NCBI GenBank assembly: GCA_951406725.2
Contig: OX597827.1
Location: 59,148,001 to 59,212,000 of the forward strand
Direction of reading: 5' to 3'
Length of the DNA: 64,000 bases
From: Octopus vulgaris
Lineage: Eukaryota
Shown here: positions 27,209 to 41,024 of the stretch, piece after piece
How positions within the stretch are numbered: the first letter of the stretch is position 1
Layout of the letters: each line of letters opens with the position of its first letter
The notes under the pieces: model-generated
Seen by the model: the letters and a program-made list of their open reading frames with translations, nothing else
Told to the model about the DNA's origin: nothing
The model's database searches: none
Position numbers and translations under genes: made by a program

Positions 27209-27947
27209 TTCCTGATACCCTTATCATCGTTATTATCGTTGTTAATGATTTTATTATCTATATCATTATTTCTATTTATTTTTATCTGCATACTGCCTGT
27301 TGATTATAATGGTCCTGTTAATGCTAATTCTTTTTTGTTTCGCATAGCTGCGCACACTCCTTACTATTATATCTATTATTCAGAGTTTTTCCATTGTTAT
27401 TAACTATTCTTCCTGCACTGCCTTTCTTATTAACAATAACATCTTGTTAGGAACAATCCTGTGAGGAACATTAAATTCCATAAATTCTCTATGAGACGGA
27501 ACGAACATTTAAGGAAGCTACACTTCTGAATTAAGGAACTAAGAATGAAATCCTATCCACGCTGATAAGACTTAATAATTTGGAGTTCAATTTTTTTAAA
27601 TATCTTGTTAGGAAGGGTCTTTTGAAGTATTATAAAATTATCTCTAAGGCTATTTTTTTTAAATATTAATAGGGTGAGAGAAAAGATATAGTGGATAGAC
27701 TGACAATAAGCAGAAGACAGGACTAAGCCGTATAAACTCAGAGTACCACAAATATATTTGAAGGCTCACAAGCTTAACTTCACAACTAATTCTATAGTTT
27801 GATTAATATTCATTCACAATCAGACATAGGTAAAACAAATGAATTAGTTATTGATAGGTAATACCTCCACATAGAAGAAAAATTAAATTAAATTTGAAAT
27901 ACTAAATTTCTAAATCTCTCGTAGAGACATGTACGGTGGTGGAGCGA

Positions 27948-28193
27948 TAGAATGGTTGTATACTGTCAATCTAACACGAACGTGACAGTAGGGGGTACAC
28001 CACCGCTGTTTAGCCCTAGGAAGCATCGACGCCTCCCGATGGCTTTGACACATTTTTCCTGTGCCCTTATATACGGACACAGGAAAAATGTGTCAAAGCC
28101 ATCAGGAGGCGTCGATGCTTCCTAGGGCTAAACAGCGGTGGTGTACCCCCTACTGTCACGTTCGTGTTAGATTGACAGTATACAACCATTCTA
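27948..28193. repeat. 246-bp near-perfect palindrome
   Basis: tagaatggttgtatac...gtatacaaccattcta with a tiny central loop. Confidence 0.95.
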
Positions 28194-28392
28194 AATTAAA
28201 TTTGTGGGCAAACTAAGTCTGAAAATATATGCATAGGAATGGCTGTGTGGTAAGCAGCTTCCTTACCAATCGCATGGCTCCGAGTTCAGTCCCACTGCAT
28301 GGCACCTTGGGCAAGTGTCTTCTACTATAGCCTCGGGCCGACCAAAGCCTTGTGAGTGGATTTGGTAGACGGAAACTGAAAGAAGCCCGTCG

Positions 28393-28427
<35 letters not shown>

Positions 28428-29479
28428 TTGTGTTTGTGTTTGTCCCCCTAACATCGCTTGACAACTGATGCTGGTGTGTTTACGTCCCCGTACCTTAGCG
28501 GTTCGGCAAAAGCGACCGATAGAATAAGTACCAGGCTTACAAAGAATAAGTCCTGGGGTCGATTTGCTCAACTAAAGGCGGTGCTCCAACATGGCCGCAG
28601 TCAAATGTCTGAAACAAGTAAAAGAGTAAAAGAGAAAGAGAGTAAACTCTTAAAGCGATTAAGAAAAAGAAACTTACTAAGTTAATCCAAATTTATATAT
28701 CGGGTTGCCACTCCTCAATTGATATATCAGGTTACTATTCTTCGATTAACCCTGTTTTACTAATAAGTCACTCATGTTCGCAATGAAGAACTCTTATTTA
28801 TCTAAACTGTATACATAGTTTAACATCTGGGAAGACTATAACAGAATTCGAGGATAAATACTGATCTAGAAAAGGCAGACCAAAAAATTTTGATACCACA
28901 ATGGAGATCAGCAACTCTGCACAAAACTGATTTAGTACTCTCTTTTCTCTTTTACTCTTTTACTTGTTTCAGTCATTTGACTGCGGCCATGCTGGAGCAC
29001 CGCCTTTAATCGAGCAACTCAACCCCGGGACTTATTCTTTTTGTAAGCCCAGTACTTATTCTATCGGTCTCTTTTGCCAAACCGCTAAGTAACGGGGACA
29101 TAAACACACCAGCATCGGTTGTCAAGCAATGTTAGGGGGACAAACACAGACACACAAACACACACGCATATATTTATATATATACATATATACGAGGGGC
29201 TTCGTTCAGTTTCCGTCTACCAAATCCACTCACAAGGCATTGGTCGGCCCGGGGCTATAGCAGAAGACACTTGCCCAAGATGCCACGCAGTGGGACTGAA
29301 CCCGGAACCATGTGGTTGGTTAGCAAGCTACTTACCACACAGCAACTCCTGCGTCTATAGTAGCCATATATATATTTTACAATTCCTGAGTTAGAGGAAT
29401 ATTGTATAAAAATGGTGCTTTATTTGCAAAATATAAATGTAGCAGAGTTAAACTAGAATGGTGTAGGAAAAAAACTCTT

Positions 29480-29755
29480 TAAATTCTTTATAAACCTAAC
29501 ATTTGAATATAGTAAGAATGAATATAGTAAAATAAATTTTCTGGATGTTACTTTGAACCTTAGAACGGACGTCTATCATACGTACCGCAAACCAAATGAA
29601 AACCTCCAGTACGTGAGTTGGAAATCCAGTCATTGTAAAATAATTAGATATTCTATAAGTAGAAGTGTCTCTCTTAGAAATTCTAAAATTTTGGCTAATA
29701 AGAAACGAATTAGGACAAGACAAAACGACAAATACTACAATTTGGCATTATAAGG
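29480..29755 (+). mobile_element. Penelope-like element RT C-terminal/thumb relic
   Basis: INFLDVTLNLRTDVYHTYRKPNENLQYVSWKSSHCKIIRYSISRS fits the PLE FLDV...YRKP...Y...S.H pattern. The degenerate AT-rich flanks at 27400-29870 probably belong to it. Confidence 0.75.
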
Positions 29756-29999
29756 AGTGAAATTCAATATATTCTTTATGGGGAGATTAAGAGGTTACAT
29801 AAAGAAATAATAGAAATGATAAATAATGATAGGGACCATGGTAGTAATAAGAATAAAAATTTTCTATTGCTACTCCTTTTCTAAACCTTATTGATTCTAC
29901 TCTAATTGCCCTTTTCAGGGCAAACCACCATTGTTGTTGTTAATTGCTCCCGTCAATTGCCCGCTTGACTAATTCACTAACCCGGTCTCTGTAGGTCTT

Positions 30000-32250
30000 G
30001 CGCGCCGAAAAGGACGCGTTCAGCTTCAAGTAACCAGGACCCTGTCTATGAAGCATATATAAGTCAACCGTACAGCTCATGAATTTGTGGTTTGTGTAAC
30101 CGACGATTTTTTAAAATGGACAACTTACACTATACTTATCTACTGACCTACAGAACACTCTATCCAGATACGACCTAAATGACCCGATGCAGTTCGTCCA
30201 TGTCCACACTGGCACACACAGGAAATCTAGTCGGTACCTGTCAGATAATTGGAAATGCATGAGCAGGTTTGCAAGGTTTTTACACCCTCCTCCTCTATCT
30301 GCTAAACCTACAGTCCCGGCGTGCGTTTTAAGATACCGTTCCAGTCTCCCATTAACACAAAAGAGTGAGACGTTCCTTGAAAGGTCTTGAGGCACCTGAA
30401 GAAATCAGGGCGTCCTGCCCCTGTTGGAGCATAGACAGCCACTAGCCTGAAAGCGTAGTCTTTGCTGCTGGTCACAACCGGCACTGCCAACTTACCTTCT
30501 GGGTCCAGGAAGATAACCCATATCACGAGATCCAAGCTTTTCCAAAACAACACAGCAGCACCACCTCCGTATCCCACATCTGTGTACGAGGTGTACACAT
30601 CTCCAAGCCATGTGGGATACATGGCTTGGAGATGCGTACACCTCGTAGTTACCAAAAATGGGTGCGAAGAGTCGTGCCTCTGAAATTCTAGTTTCGCTGA
30701 TGGCCGCCACATCTATGTTCAGTGCCCTGAGGTCGTTGAGTGGGTGAACCTGCTTCCAGAACGACCCCAGTATACTGCATATTCTGAGTGAGGCTGTATA
30801 TTCTGAGTGAGGCTATGTATACTGCATATTCTGAGTGAGGCTATGTTGACTAAAGAGTTGGGGGAAGTGGAAAAGACCACTTACATTATGCTTTTGGAGG
30901 AAGGGTGGTTGCCCCATCCTTGTGTCCAGTTGTGGGTTCTTTCACGAGATTATCTTTATACATTCTATTTGATAGAGTCCCTCGGTAGTCTCCTGTTGCC
31001 CTGGGGGAATTTCTTTGTTAGACTTGTGTATGTGATTTGGTTTATGTGTATTATTTTTATGTTTGCGAGTGATGTGATCTTTTTTTTGTGTTATGCAATT
31101 TGTTTTCGATATGCTGGTGTTATAATGTATGTGGTGGAGTAAGCTTTTGCTGTGAATGTTTATAGCTGTGTAGGGTGTGAAATTTGTCTTTGTTGTTGCA
31201 GACAAAGGTTTGAATGTGTTTGGGATATTAAATGTTGTAATGGTTGTGGAGGTAAGGTGAGCTTGGTGGTGATGGTGGTGGTGGTGATTGTGGTGGTGGT
31301 GGTGGCAGCGGCGGCGGCGGTAGTGGATTAGGCTGGTACTGTGAAGATTAGTGTATGTGTGTTATGCTTATGATGCGTCTTTTTGAATAGTTTCTTTTGT
31401 GGGTGAATTGTCAACTTCTTTCTTTTTTTCCTTTATTATTTACAATTCTCCACTACCCCCACCCCCACCCCACCACCACCACCGCTACCACCACCATTGC
31501 TACATTCCATGTCCATGCGTGCCAAGTCGGAGAGGAGCACTCCTCTATTTATGGGGCTTGTTACATATGTTTGAGCTGTTTGTAGCGTGGTAGATGGTGG
31601 CGTGAAGGTTCAGCTACTGTTGTTGGTAGAAGGCTTGGTGGTATTGTAACCGCTGATGGTACCAGTGTGGGTTGTGGCGTAAGCAGGAGAGAGGAGGCCA
31701 CATGTGTTTCATGGTTTACTGAGGGCAGAAAGCCTTCAGGTACATTTTTGCACCACATGTGTTGTACTTTGGCCTACAGCCCTCTACGGTCTCAGAGAGA
31801 TGGATGCCGTCCACATCGTCTATTATGTCTGGAATGACGTCACAGTTTCCTGGGTTGTTTGGGTGAAGAAATTCCATCCCGGACCCCGATCGGTTTTCAG
31901 TCTTTATTTTTTAACTTCGAGGATTTGGGTTGTCTTCTCAACATCCATGAGGACAACTGCCACCAGCCATGAAATAACTATTGTGGACGGCACCCGGGAT
32001 ACTTTAATTTTTACTACTCTTTGGCCACAATATGTTGGCAGCAGGGTAAGCTCTTTTCTCCTGAGTGGTGTCAGGGAGCATTGTCTTACATCCTCTGGTG
32101 CCTTAAATAATACATCCACCATCCCAAATCCCCTACCAAGGTTGATATGGTTCTTGCATTCCCATACGCAACCCAAAACATTTTGGATCTGGGACTAGCA
32201 AAAAAGATTAGTTTATTTTGTCTCTCTGTCTTTTCTCCTGGCGCGATATG
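30000..32250 (-). mobile_element. L1/Tx1-like LINE relic with ORF1 remnant and AP endonuclease; RT not seen
   Basis: AAISETR, GGGAAVL, RLVAVYAP, LMGDWN, WTWTN and SYLDR endonuclease motifs at 30060-30770; ORF1-like remnants at 31700-32200. Confidence 0.82.
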
Positions 32251-33982
32251 AACATTTAAGGTGGTTTTAGGGTCAGGGTTTTGACTGCTATTTCAGCATG
32301 GTGGTATCTCTCAGATACGCTAATTTATAGTTTTAAATTATTTTTACCTTTGTATGGTATTTATTCCCATGCTGGCCACTTGATAAGATCGATATTTAAA
32401 TATCGATATTATCCTTATATATAAATATATACATATATATATATATGTGTACAACGGGCTTCATTCAGTTTCTGTCTACCAAATCCACTTACAAGGCTTT
32501 GGTTGACCCAAGGCTATAGTAGAAGACACTTGACCAAGGTGCCATGCAGTGGGACTGAACCCGGAACCTTGTGGTTGGTAAACAAGCTACTTACCACACA
32601 GCCACTCCTACGCCTATATGTATGTTTGTATATATGAATGTGTGTATATATATATATATGTATATATGTGTGTGTGATGTATCTCCTTTGTGGCAGTACA
32701 CCTGTTTCTATCCTCACTCTCTCTTTCCAGCTGGGTAACTTTGTACCTCCTCTCGTGTGAGACATCTGTTTTTGCCTCTCTGTCTCACATTTCATCATCT
32801 AACAAGATCACCTCCTCTGATGCCCCCCACCCTCAAAACATTTTTGTCTTGAAAGTTACTTGGTGACTCTGTCAGTGCAGGTGCCACTTAAAAAAAGCAT
32901 TCAGTCCATACAGTAAAGTGAATGGTGTTTGGAAGGGACCTGACTGTAAATACTTTATCAAAACTGACCTCACCTGTGTTTGTGCCATGTAAAAAGCACT
33001 ATGTCCACTCTGCTAGGTGGTTGGTATTAGAAAGGGCATCCAGCTGTAAACATTTTTGCCATAAGTCACAGAAATCTGGTGCAGACTTCTGCCTGGCTGG
33101 CTCTCGTGGAACCATCACCACCATGCCAAAGTCAAAAGATGATGATGGTGGTGATGGTGATAGAGATATATGTAAATATCTATATATGTATATAAACATG
33201 GGTATGTATATAGCAAAAATTTAGATTCAGATGAATTAGGTACTTGAGTTGAGGCATCAGAATTTAGTATGGTGTTATTCATACAGAGGCGCAATGGCCC
33301 AGTGGTTAGAGCAGCGGACTCGTGATCATAGGATCACAGTTTCGATTCCTAGACCGAGTGTTGTGAGTATTTATTCAGCGAAAACACCTAAAGCTCCACG
33401 AGGCTCCAGCAGGGAATGGTAGCGACCACCCTTGTACTCTTACGCCACAACTTTCTCTCACTCTTTCTTTTGTTGGCCTGCTCACTTAGCCAGTGAGGTA
33501 GCATCATTTGAAGGCTAAAACAATGCGAAGCGCATTGTGACCAGCAATATGTAGCAACATCTGATAGCCTGGCTGATCACGGTGATCATGGAGATTATTC
33601 ATACAGCTTCAAACTAAGGTGATTAAAATCAAAATAAGCAACAGGATATCCAGAGGTAATGCAGTACAATTGTTTCAAGCGACTCCATTTAATTGAACTA
33701 TGCAATCATTACATCATTTTAAATGCAGAGCAATCTTTAGCTGCATAAATACATAGAATTAAATTAAATTAAAATGGATGGACACATTAGTATAATTTTA
33801 CCGAAAACCTCCAAGAAGGCAGGGAAATAGACAAAGAACATGCTGTTTTCACTTCAGCTTCTCCTTACCTTCTTGGAGGTTTTAGGTAAAATTATACTAA
33901 TGTGTCCATCTGTTTTAATTTAATTCTATGTATTTATGCAACTGAAGATTGCTCTGCATTGAAACTGATGTAATGATTGCAT

Positions 33983-34095
<113 letters not shown>

Positions 34096-35125
34096 GTTAT
34101 GAGAGGTAATGGTGTCACTGAGACCCAAAGGTGTCAGGTAATGCTGAATAAGTGTTATAGATAGACCATAGTTAAGTTCCAGGTTTGGTGATTTTGTGAA
34201 TAAGAGGTTCAACATTGGTCATATATCAGTGTGTATATAAAAAATTATTTTCGTAATGAGATAAAAAAAACCAAGGCTATCTATTTTCTTTCCTCCACCT
34301 CACTCTCTATTTTGTATCTTATACAAATTAACTATTACTTAACCATCCTCTCACACCATCTCCGATAAATAGATATAATAAATATCCTGGGAACAGCTGT
34401 AAGACCTTCTATCTGTAAATTCTAAAGTCTACACAGCCTTGGTTTTTTTATCTCATTACGAAATATTGCATATATTTATGTGTATGTGTGTGTGTGTGTG
34501 TATATATATATATTTAGTGGTGGGTGTTTCTCCGTGTGTGGACATCATCATCTTCATTTAGCGTCCGCTTTCCATGCTAGCATGGGTTGGACGGTTCAAG
34601 TGGGGTCTGGGAAGCCAGAAGGCTGCACCAGGCCCAGTCTGATCTGGCAATGTTTCTACGGCTGGATGCCCTTCCTAACGCCAACCACTCCATGAGTGTA
34701 GTGGGTGCTTTTTACGTGCCACCGGCACAGGTGCCAGACGAGGCTGGCAAACGGTGCTTTTTACGTTGATATTTGTAAACAAGTATCGCTGTCATACAGA
34801 TGGTGTCTTTCGATCCCAATTCTTCCAAAAGGGTATGTTGTGTGACCATGGAGAAATATTTATTATCTCACTTGAAAGTGGTGATGGGGATTGTGACAGC
34901 AAAGAACATCAGGCCGTAGAAAATCTGCCACTGCAAATTCCATCTACACAAAGCTAGCATGGGAAAATGGACACTAAAACAATAATGGTGGTGGTGGTGG
35001 CAACATGTGTTTTTTGAATAAAACATTTCGTTTCACATTGCTCCAGTCCACTCAGCTGGCAAAAATGAGTAATCCTGCGACAGATCAGTGTCTTGTCCAG
35101 GTGGGGAATATAAATGCCACAGCAA

Positions 35126-35616
35126 ATGACATGCATAAGATCTGGTCATCAAATCTAAGTAGAGACTTCAGACTTGAAATCTTCAAAGCCACAGTCGAAC
35201 CAATTCTACTATATGGCTCAGAAACCTGGACGTTATCAAAGAGGCTTGAGAGGCGTTTGGATGGAACTTACACTCGCCTCCTTATGAGGGCTCAAAATCT
35301 CTCGTGGAAGTGCCATCCAACCAAAATGCAAATATATGGTAAACTACCACCTGTGTCATCTCTTGTAAAAGGTAGGAGAGTCCAGTTTGCTGGACATTGT
35401 TGTAGAGCTGAAAAAGAGGTAATTTCTACTCTTCTCCTCTGGAAGCCATCTACTCGCAATACCAGAGGGCGCACACTCTCCTACCCTGATGTAATCTCCA
35501 GGGATACAAGCATCCAGCAACAGGACCTCCGTAATGCCATGATGGACCGTGAAGTCTGGCATAGCATGGTAAATTCCATTGTCTCGACCACGGTCGAACA
35601 ATGATGAATGATGATG
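35126..35616 (+). mobile_element. RTE LINE 3' fragment (about 490 bp) inserted into a SINE
   Basis: ILLYGSETWTL...VQFAGHCCR...AMMDREVW, a (TGA)n tail and a 7-bp TSD acagcaa (35119-35125 / 35617-35623). Confidence 0.92.
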
Positions 35617-38600
35617 ACAGCAACTGGGAAACTGGCCCTTTGACTCAAGAAGGATCTTAATCCATTTCTTTTTTTAAATATTTGCTGAAATTTCTTGTGT
35701 GCTTAATTTTATCTTTCTTTGCAAAAAAAAAATGAACACATTGGGGTGAGTAACCATTGCTCAAATGCTGTATTAATCACCTGAGCAAATGCATACCATA
35801 TTCAATTGTATATCATTAAGGTGCAGGCGTGACTGTTTGGTAAGAAGCTTGCTTCCCAACCACATGGTTCTGAGATCAGTCCCACTGCATGACACCTTGG
35901 GCAAGTGTCTTCTGTAATAGCCTTGGACCAACCAAAGCCTTGTGGGTGGATTTGGTAGATAGAAACTGAAAGAAGCCCATCATATGTGTGTGTGTGTGTG
36001 TCTATGTTTGTCCCCAACCACTGCTTGACAACTGGTGTTGGTGTATTTATGTCCCTGTAACTTAGCAGTTTAGCAAAAGACACAGATAGAATAAGTACTA
36101 AAACTAAAACCAAAAATAAGGTTCGTACAACTAAAACCCTTCAAGGCGGTGCCCCATCTTGGCCACAGTCAAATGATTGAAACAAGTAAAAGAAGATTCT
36201 ATTATGAAATTTGAACATTAATTCTTCAAAAAAAAAAATTTCATCTTGTAAATCTTGTACATACACATTTTTACCTTTGTGCACCAGTTGTATAACATTT
36301 ATGTGCATACACCAGCACACCACTTAGAGAGAACATACATTCGTTCATCATCATCACCATCGTCATCGTTTAACGTCCGCTTTCCATGCTGGCATGGGTT
36401 GGACGATTTGACTGAGGACTGGCAAACCAGATGGCTGCACCAGGCTCCAATCTGATCTGGCAGAGTTTCTACAGCTGGATGCCCTTCCTAACGCCAACCA
36501 CTCCGAGGGTGTAGTGGGTGCTTTTACGTGCCACCAGCACGAGGGCCAGTCAGACAGTACTGGCAATGGCCATGCTCAAATGGTGTTTTTTACGTGTCAC
36601 CTGTACAGGAGCCAGTCTAGCAGCACTGGCAATGACCTCGCTCGAATATTTTTTTTTTTTTACGTTGTAACACACTTATGAACAAACGCATTACAGTTAT
36701 GACCATGCAATTATTTTAAAGTTATCTAGGGCTACATTATCTAATGCAAACATTTCCTACCTTTTCCTATTGTTTGCGCACCTAAAACACTTGAATTCTT
36801 ACAACTGCTTCCTATTTTAACTGTTATACAGATAAGCACAGCTGTATGTAGTTTCAGGTTTCATTACACAGCATTTCTGGCAAATGTTGTTTCCTGTAGC
36901 CGTTGGCTGATCAGGGTCTGGTGAATAATAGTGGTTAGAGTAGAGAGAGTTACCTTTATGAGTCATACTAACTCATAAGGGCTGGTTTCCAGGTTTCATG
37001 GCGTATATATTCCCCACCTAGAAACAATGTCAGTCTGTTGCCGGATAACTCATTTTTGCCAGCTGAGTGGAATGGTGCAATGTGAAATGAAGTGTTTTGC
37101 TCAAGAACACAATGTGTTGCTCAGTCCAGGAATCGAAACCACAATATTACAATCAAGAATCCAGTACCCTAACCACTAAGCCATGCAACTCCATGTGTAG
37201 TATTGAGGGATTTGGTATTAGAAGAAAGACATGGCCACCTCAGATGGAGAGAGGGGGGAGAGAGAGAGATGGTGAAGATGTGACAGAAAGGTCAGTTTTT
37301 GTTAACCAATTTCATTCATAAGGCACTGGTCAGGCTACAGTAGAAGACACTTGCCCGTGGTACCACACTGTGAGACAGAACAAAAGGCTATGTAGTTTCA
37401 TAGTAATTTCTATCCATAAACCTATGTTTGTGCCTACGTCACTTTTGATATAATTTTCTTTTATCATTAATGAATCTGAATAGCAGAGCAAGGAATCACA
37501 GTCTAGACCTATTTTTTTTTACTTTTGGACCCTTCTGATCCCTATCTAACTCTACAGGACCCTCATAGCCATTTGATGTTTAAAAAAGTTTTATCATATT
37601 TTTATAATTAACCTTTTAGCATTCAGATTATTCACCTTGTTTTGAATTAATCCTGCATTCTCTCATAGCGCAGGAGTGGCTGTGTGGTAAGTGGCTTGCT
37701 TACCAATCACATGGTTCCAGGTTCAGTCCCATTGCGTGGCACCTTGGGCAAGTGTCTTCTACTATAGCCTCAGGCTGACCAAAGCCTTGTGAGTAGATTT
37801 GGTAGACGGAAACTGAAAGAAGCCCAACATATATACGTGTATATATCTATGTATCATCATCATCATCGTTTAACGTTCCCTTTCCATGCTAGCATGGGTT
37901 GGACGATTTGACTGAGGTCTGGTGAACCAGACTCCAATCTGATCTAGCAGAGTTTCTACAGCTGGATGCTCTTCCTAACGCCAACCACTCCGAGAATGTA
38001 GTGGGTGCTTTTACGTGCCACCGGCACGAGGGCCAGATTGGTGGTACTGGCAACGACCACGCTCAAATGATGCTTTTTATGTGCCACCTGCACAGGAGCC
38101 AGTCCAGTGGCACTGGCAACGACCTGGCTCGAATGTTTTGGGGGGAGGGGAGTTGCGTATATATATACATATATGTGTGTCTGTGTTTGTCCCCCCCCAA
38201 CATTGCTTGTCAACTAATGCTGGTGTGTTTACGTCCCCATAACTTAGCGGTTCAGCAAAAGAGACTGATAGAATAGTACTAGGCTTATAAAGAATAAGTC
38301 CTGGGGTCGATTTGCTCGCCTAAAGGTGGTGCTCCAGCATGACCACAGTCAAATGACTGAAACTGAAACAAGTAAAAGAGAGTAGCTTAGAGATTTTCAA
38401 GATGTGGTTACTTATTTTTAGAATAACACTGTCAGAAAAGTGTGAAAGTCTGGATATGGCCAGGTTGAATATTTGGTCTGGATAGGGCCGGTTTAAATAT
38501 CATTAAGAATTGCATTTAAAAAATTGTCAAAATATTTTATGTATTCTTCTATTCTTTCACTTGTTTCAGTCATTTGACTGTGGCCATGCTGGAACACCAC

Positions 38601-39235
38601 CTTCAAGGGTTTCTGTGAAATATATCAACTCTAGGACATTTTTTTTTGAGTCTAGTACTTATTCTATCTATCTCTTTTCCTGATCTGCTAAGTTACAGGG
38701 ACATAAACACGCCAACACTAGTTGTCAAGCAGTGATGGGAGAACTAATACAGACACAAAGACACACACACAGATATAAGTAATAGCAGTCACAAAAGTGA
38801 CAGAGGGAGCTGGTCAGCACCGATTATGCTAAAATAAGAGTTAAATTAACTCTAAAGCCACAAAGCACACTGATTTAATGACTGACAAATGGAGTTAAGT
38901 CCCTAGCATATGAAGCCGTATCGCAATTTTGAATCTTGTTGTTGACACCTTAATTCTCATCAGCCAATCATATAAGAAAAACCGTTTAAATTGTAAGCTG
39001 ATTTTCTAAACAATGTAAGTGTAAATAACTAATTAAGGTGTTAAAAGCCGCTGATGAGAATTAAGGTGTCAACACCAAAATAATCTCCCTCCATACAGTG
39101 TTTTGTAGCTTTAGAGTTAATTTAACTCTTATTCTGGCATAATCAGTGCTGACCAACACCCTCCGTCACTTTTGTGACCTATTAATTTTGCCTTTAGGTT
39201 CTAATTGCTAATAAGCCACCCTTTTAATTATATAA

Positions 39236-39267
<32 letters not shown>

Positions 39268-39479
39268 GACAGGATTCTTTCAGTTTCTGTCTACTAAATC
39301 CACTCACAAGGCTTTGGTCGACCCCAAGCTACAGTAGAAGACACTTTCCCAAGGTGCCATGCAGTGGGTCTGAACCTGGAACCATGTAGTTGGGAAGCAA
39401 GCTTCTTACCACACAGCCACATCTAGAAGTACAACTAATTATTTGCAGATAAATTTTAACAACAAAATTTTATATAGAC

Positions 39480-40050
39480 TCCCAATAGACCCTTATTAAG
39501 AACCACTGATCTAAGCACTTTCCACATTGAAGGAAGGGTCCTGATAACTAGACGAAGATGAAGTAGATAACATTCAGTTTGAACTCTCATAGATTGGTTT
39601 TCGTTTTTGCTTGTTGAGTCTGGAGAAAGGAGAAATGCCTGTGTCTCTTGCAGGCCCTTTAAAACTGGTGAGCTTGACAATAATAATATTTCCTTTAAAA
39701 CCATTGCAGATCAATACCTGCAAGAAAGACATGAGCAGGGAAAAGATTCCAGAAGGCTGATGTCATGGGGAGGAAGGACTGGACATAGTGGTTAGTGCAA
39801 AACTAAGAGTGTTGTATGCACAAAAAGTGATTGATAAGTGAAAAGATGAATGTGTCAGGGAGTACTTGAGTTGTAGAGATATGAGCTCTGAGGAATGGAG
39901 GCCATTATAGTAACAATAGAAAAGAATGGAAAACAAAAGTTGATAAGGAGGCTGTCAATCAATTATTTAATACCATCCACTTGGTGCTTGGACTGTCTTT
40001 AGTGCAATCCACTCTGTTGCAGGCATTTGAGTGGTGTCTTTGGTTTGAAA
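39480..40050 (-). mobile_element. Jockey/CR1-like LINE 3' relic; related piece at 40410-40520
   Basis: Remnants LFYCYYNGLHSSEL and PFNHCKAVYSLCLFYHY. Confidence 0.5.
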
Positions 40051-40804
40051 TTAGCTTCCTCACTTCTTCGCACCTGTCTTAGAGGAAGATTTTAAAAGGA
40101 CCAGGAGCACTGCCCTTCCTTTTCTGTTTAAGCCATTTGTAAAAAACAAAAGGCAGGGTAAGAAAGAACTGGGAAAAAGACTGTTTAGTACAGGGTCTGA
40201 GGAAGAGTGTAACAGGATGTGGGGAGATAGAAGGAAGAGAAACAGGTACATTGGTGCTCATCATCATTATCATCGTTTAATGTTCGTTTTTTTTCATGCT
40301 GGCATGGGTTGGACAGTTTGACAGAAAGTGGTAAGTCTCAAGGCTGTGCTGAGCTCCAGTGTCAACTCTGGCATGTTTTCTACAGCTGGATGCCCTTCCT
40401 AACACTAGACACAGAGACATTAGTGGTGTTTCAGCAAATCTAGTGAAGGGTGGACCAATCCAGTAGTGGTAAAAGAGGCAAAGAGAATACACAGCTTTAC
40501 AGTGGTTAAATGGTGTACAGTGTTGAGTAAAAGCTTACTTGTTATTAGAAGGACAGCCTTCTTTTGCTAATGTATTTCTTTACTGTCCACAAGGGGGCTA
40601 AACATAGAGGGGACAAACAAGAACAGACAAAGGGATTAAGTCGATTACATCAACCCCAGTGGGAAACTGGTACTTTATTTATCGACCCCAAAAGGATGAA
40701 AGGCAAAGTCGACCTCAGCGGAATTTGAACTCAGAACGTAACGACAGACGAAATACGGCTACGCATTTCACCCAGCGTGCTAACGCTTCTGCCAGCTCGC
40801 CACC

Positions 40805-40925
40805 TTCACAGCTGAATGGCTTTTCCCCAGTGTGCTTTCTGTGATGGATTTGTAATTTGCCCTTCGTGTCAAATGTCCACAGACATCACAACTGTATGGT
40901 TTTCCTCCAGGATGTGCTTTTGCTA
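40805..40925 (-). pseudogene. Degenerate duplicate of finger 5 plus linker of the C2H2 gene, lying downstream of its stop codon
   Basis: Near-identical to 41568-41690 apart from a 4-nt deletion (acag) and a few substitutions. Confidence 0.85.
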
Positions 40926-41024
40926 ATGTGTTACATAAAGTGCATGTGTACATATAACGGGTGCATCATACGAAAATTTACAGTGTAGCAGTAGTCCAAT
41001 GAGGATTTAATGAAGAGGTGAATA

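Noticed and set aside
35005-35604. 199-aa ORF as a host gene
   Set aside because: Chance in-frame fusion of SINE sequence with a truncated RTE ORF; the TSD marks the insertion.
40410-40520. Additional zinc-finger remnant
   Set aside because: The translation resembles a LINE ORF2 C-terminal motif (SLCLFYHY), not C2H2.
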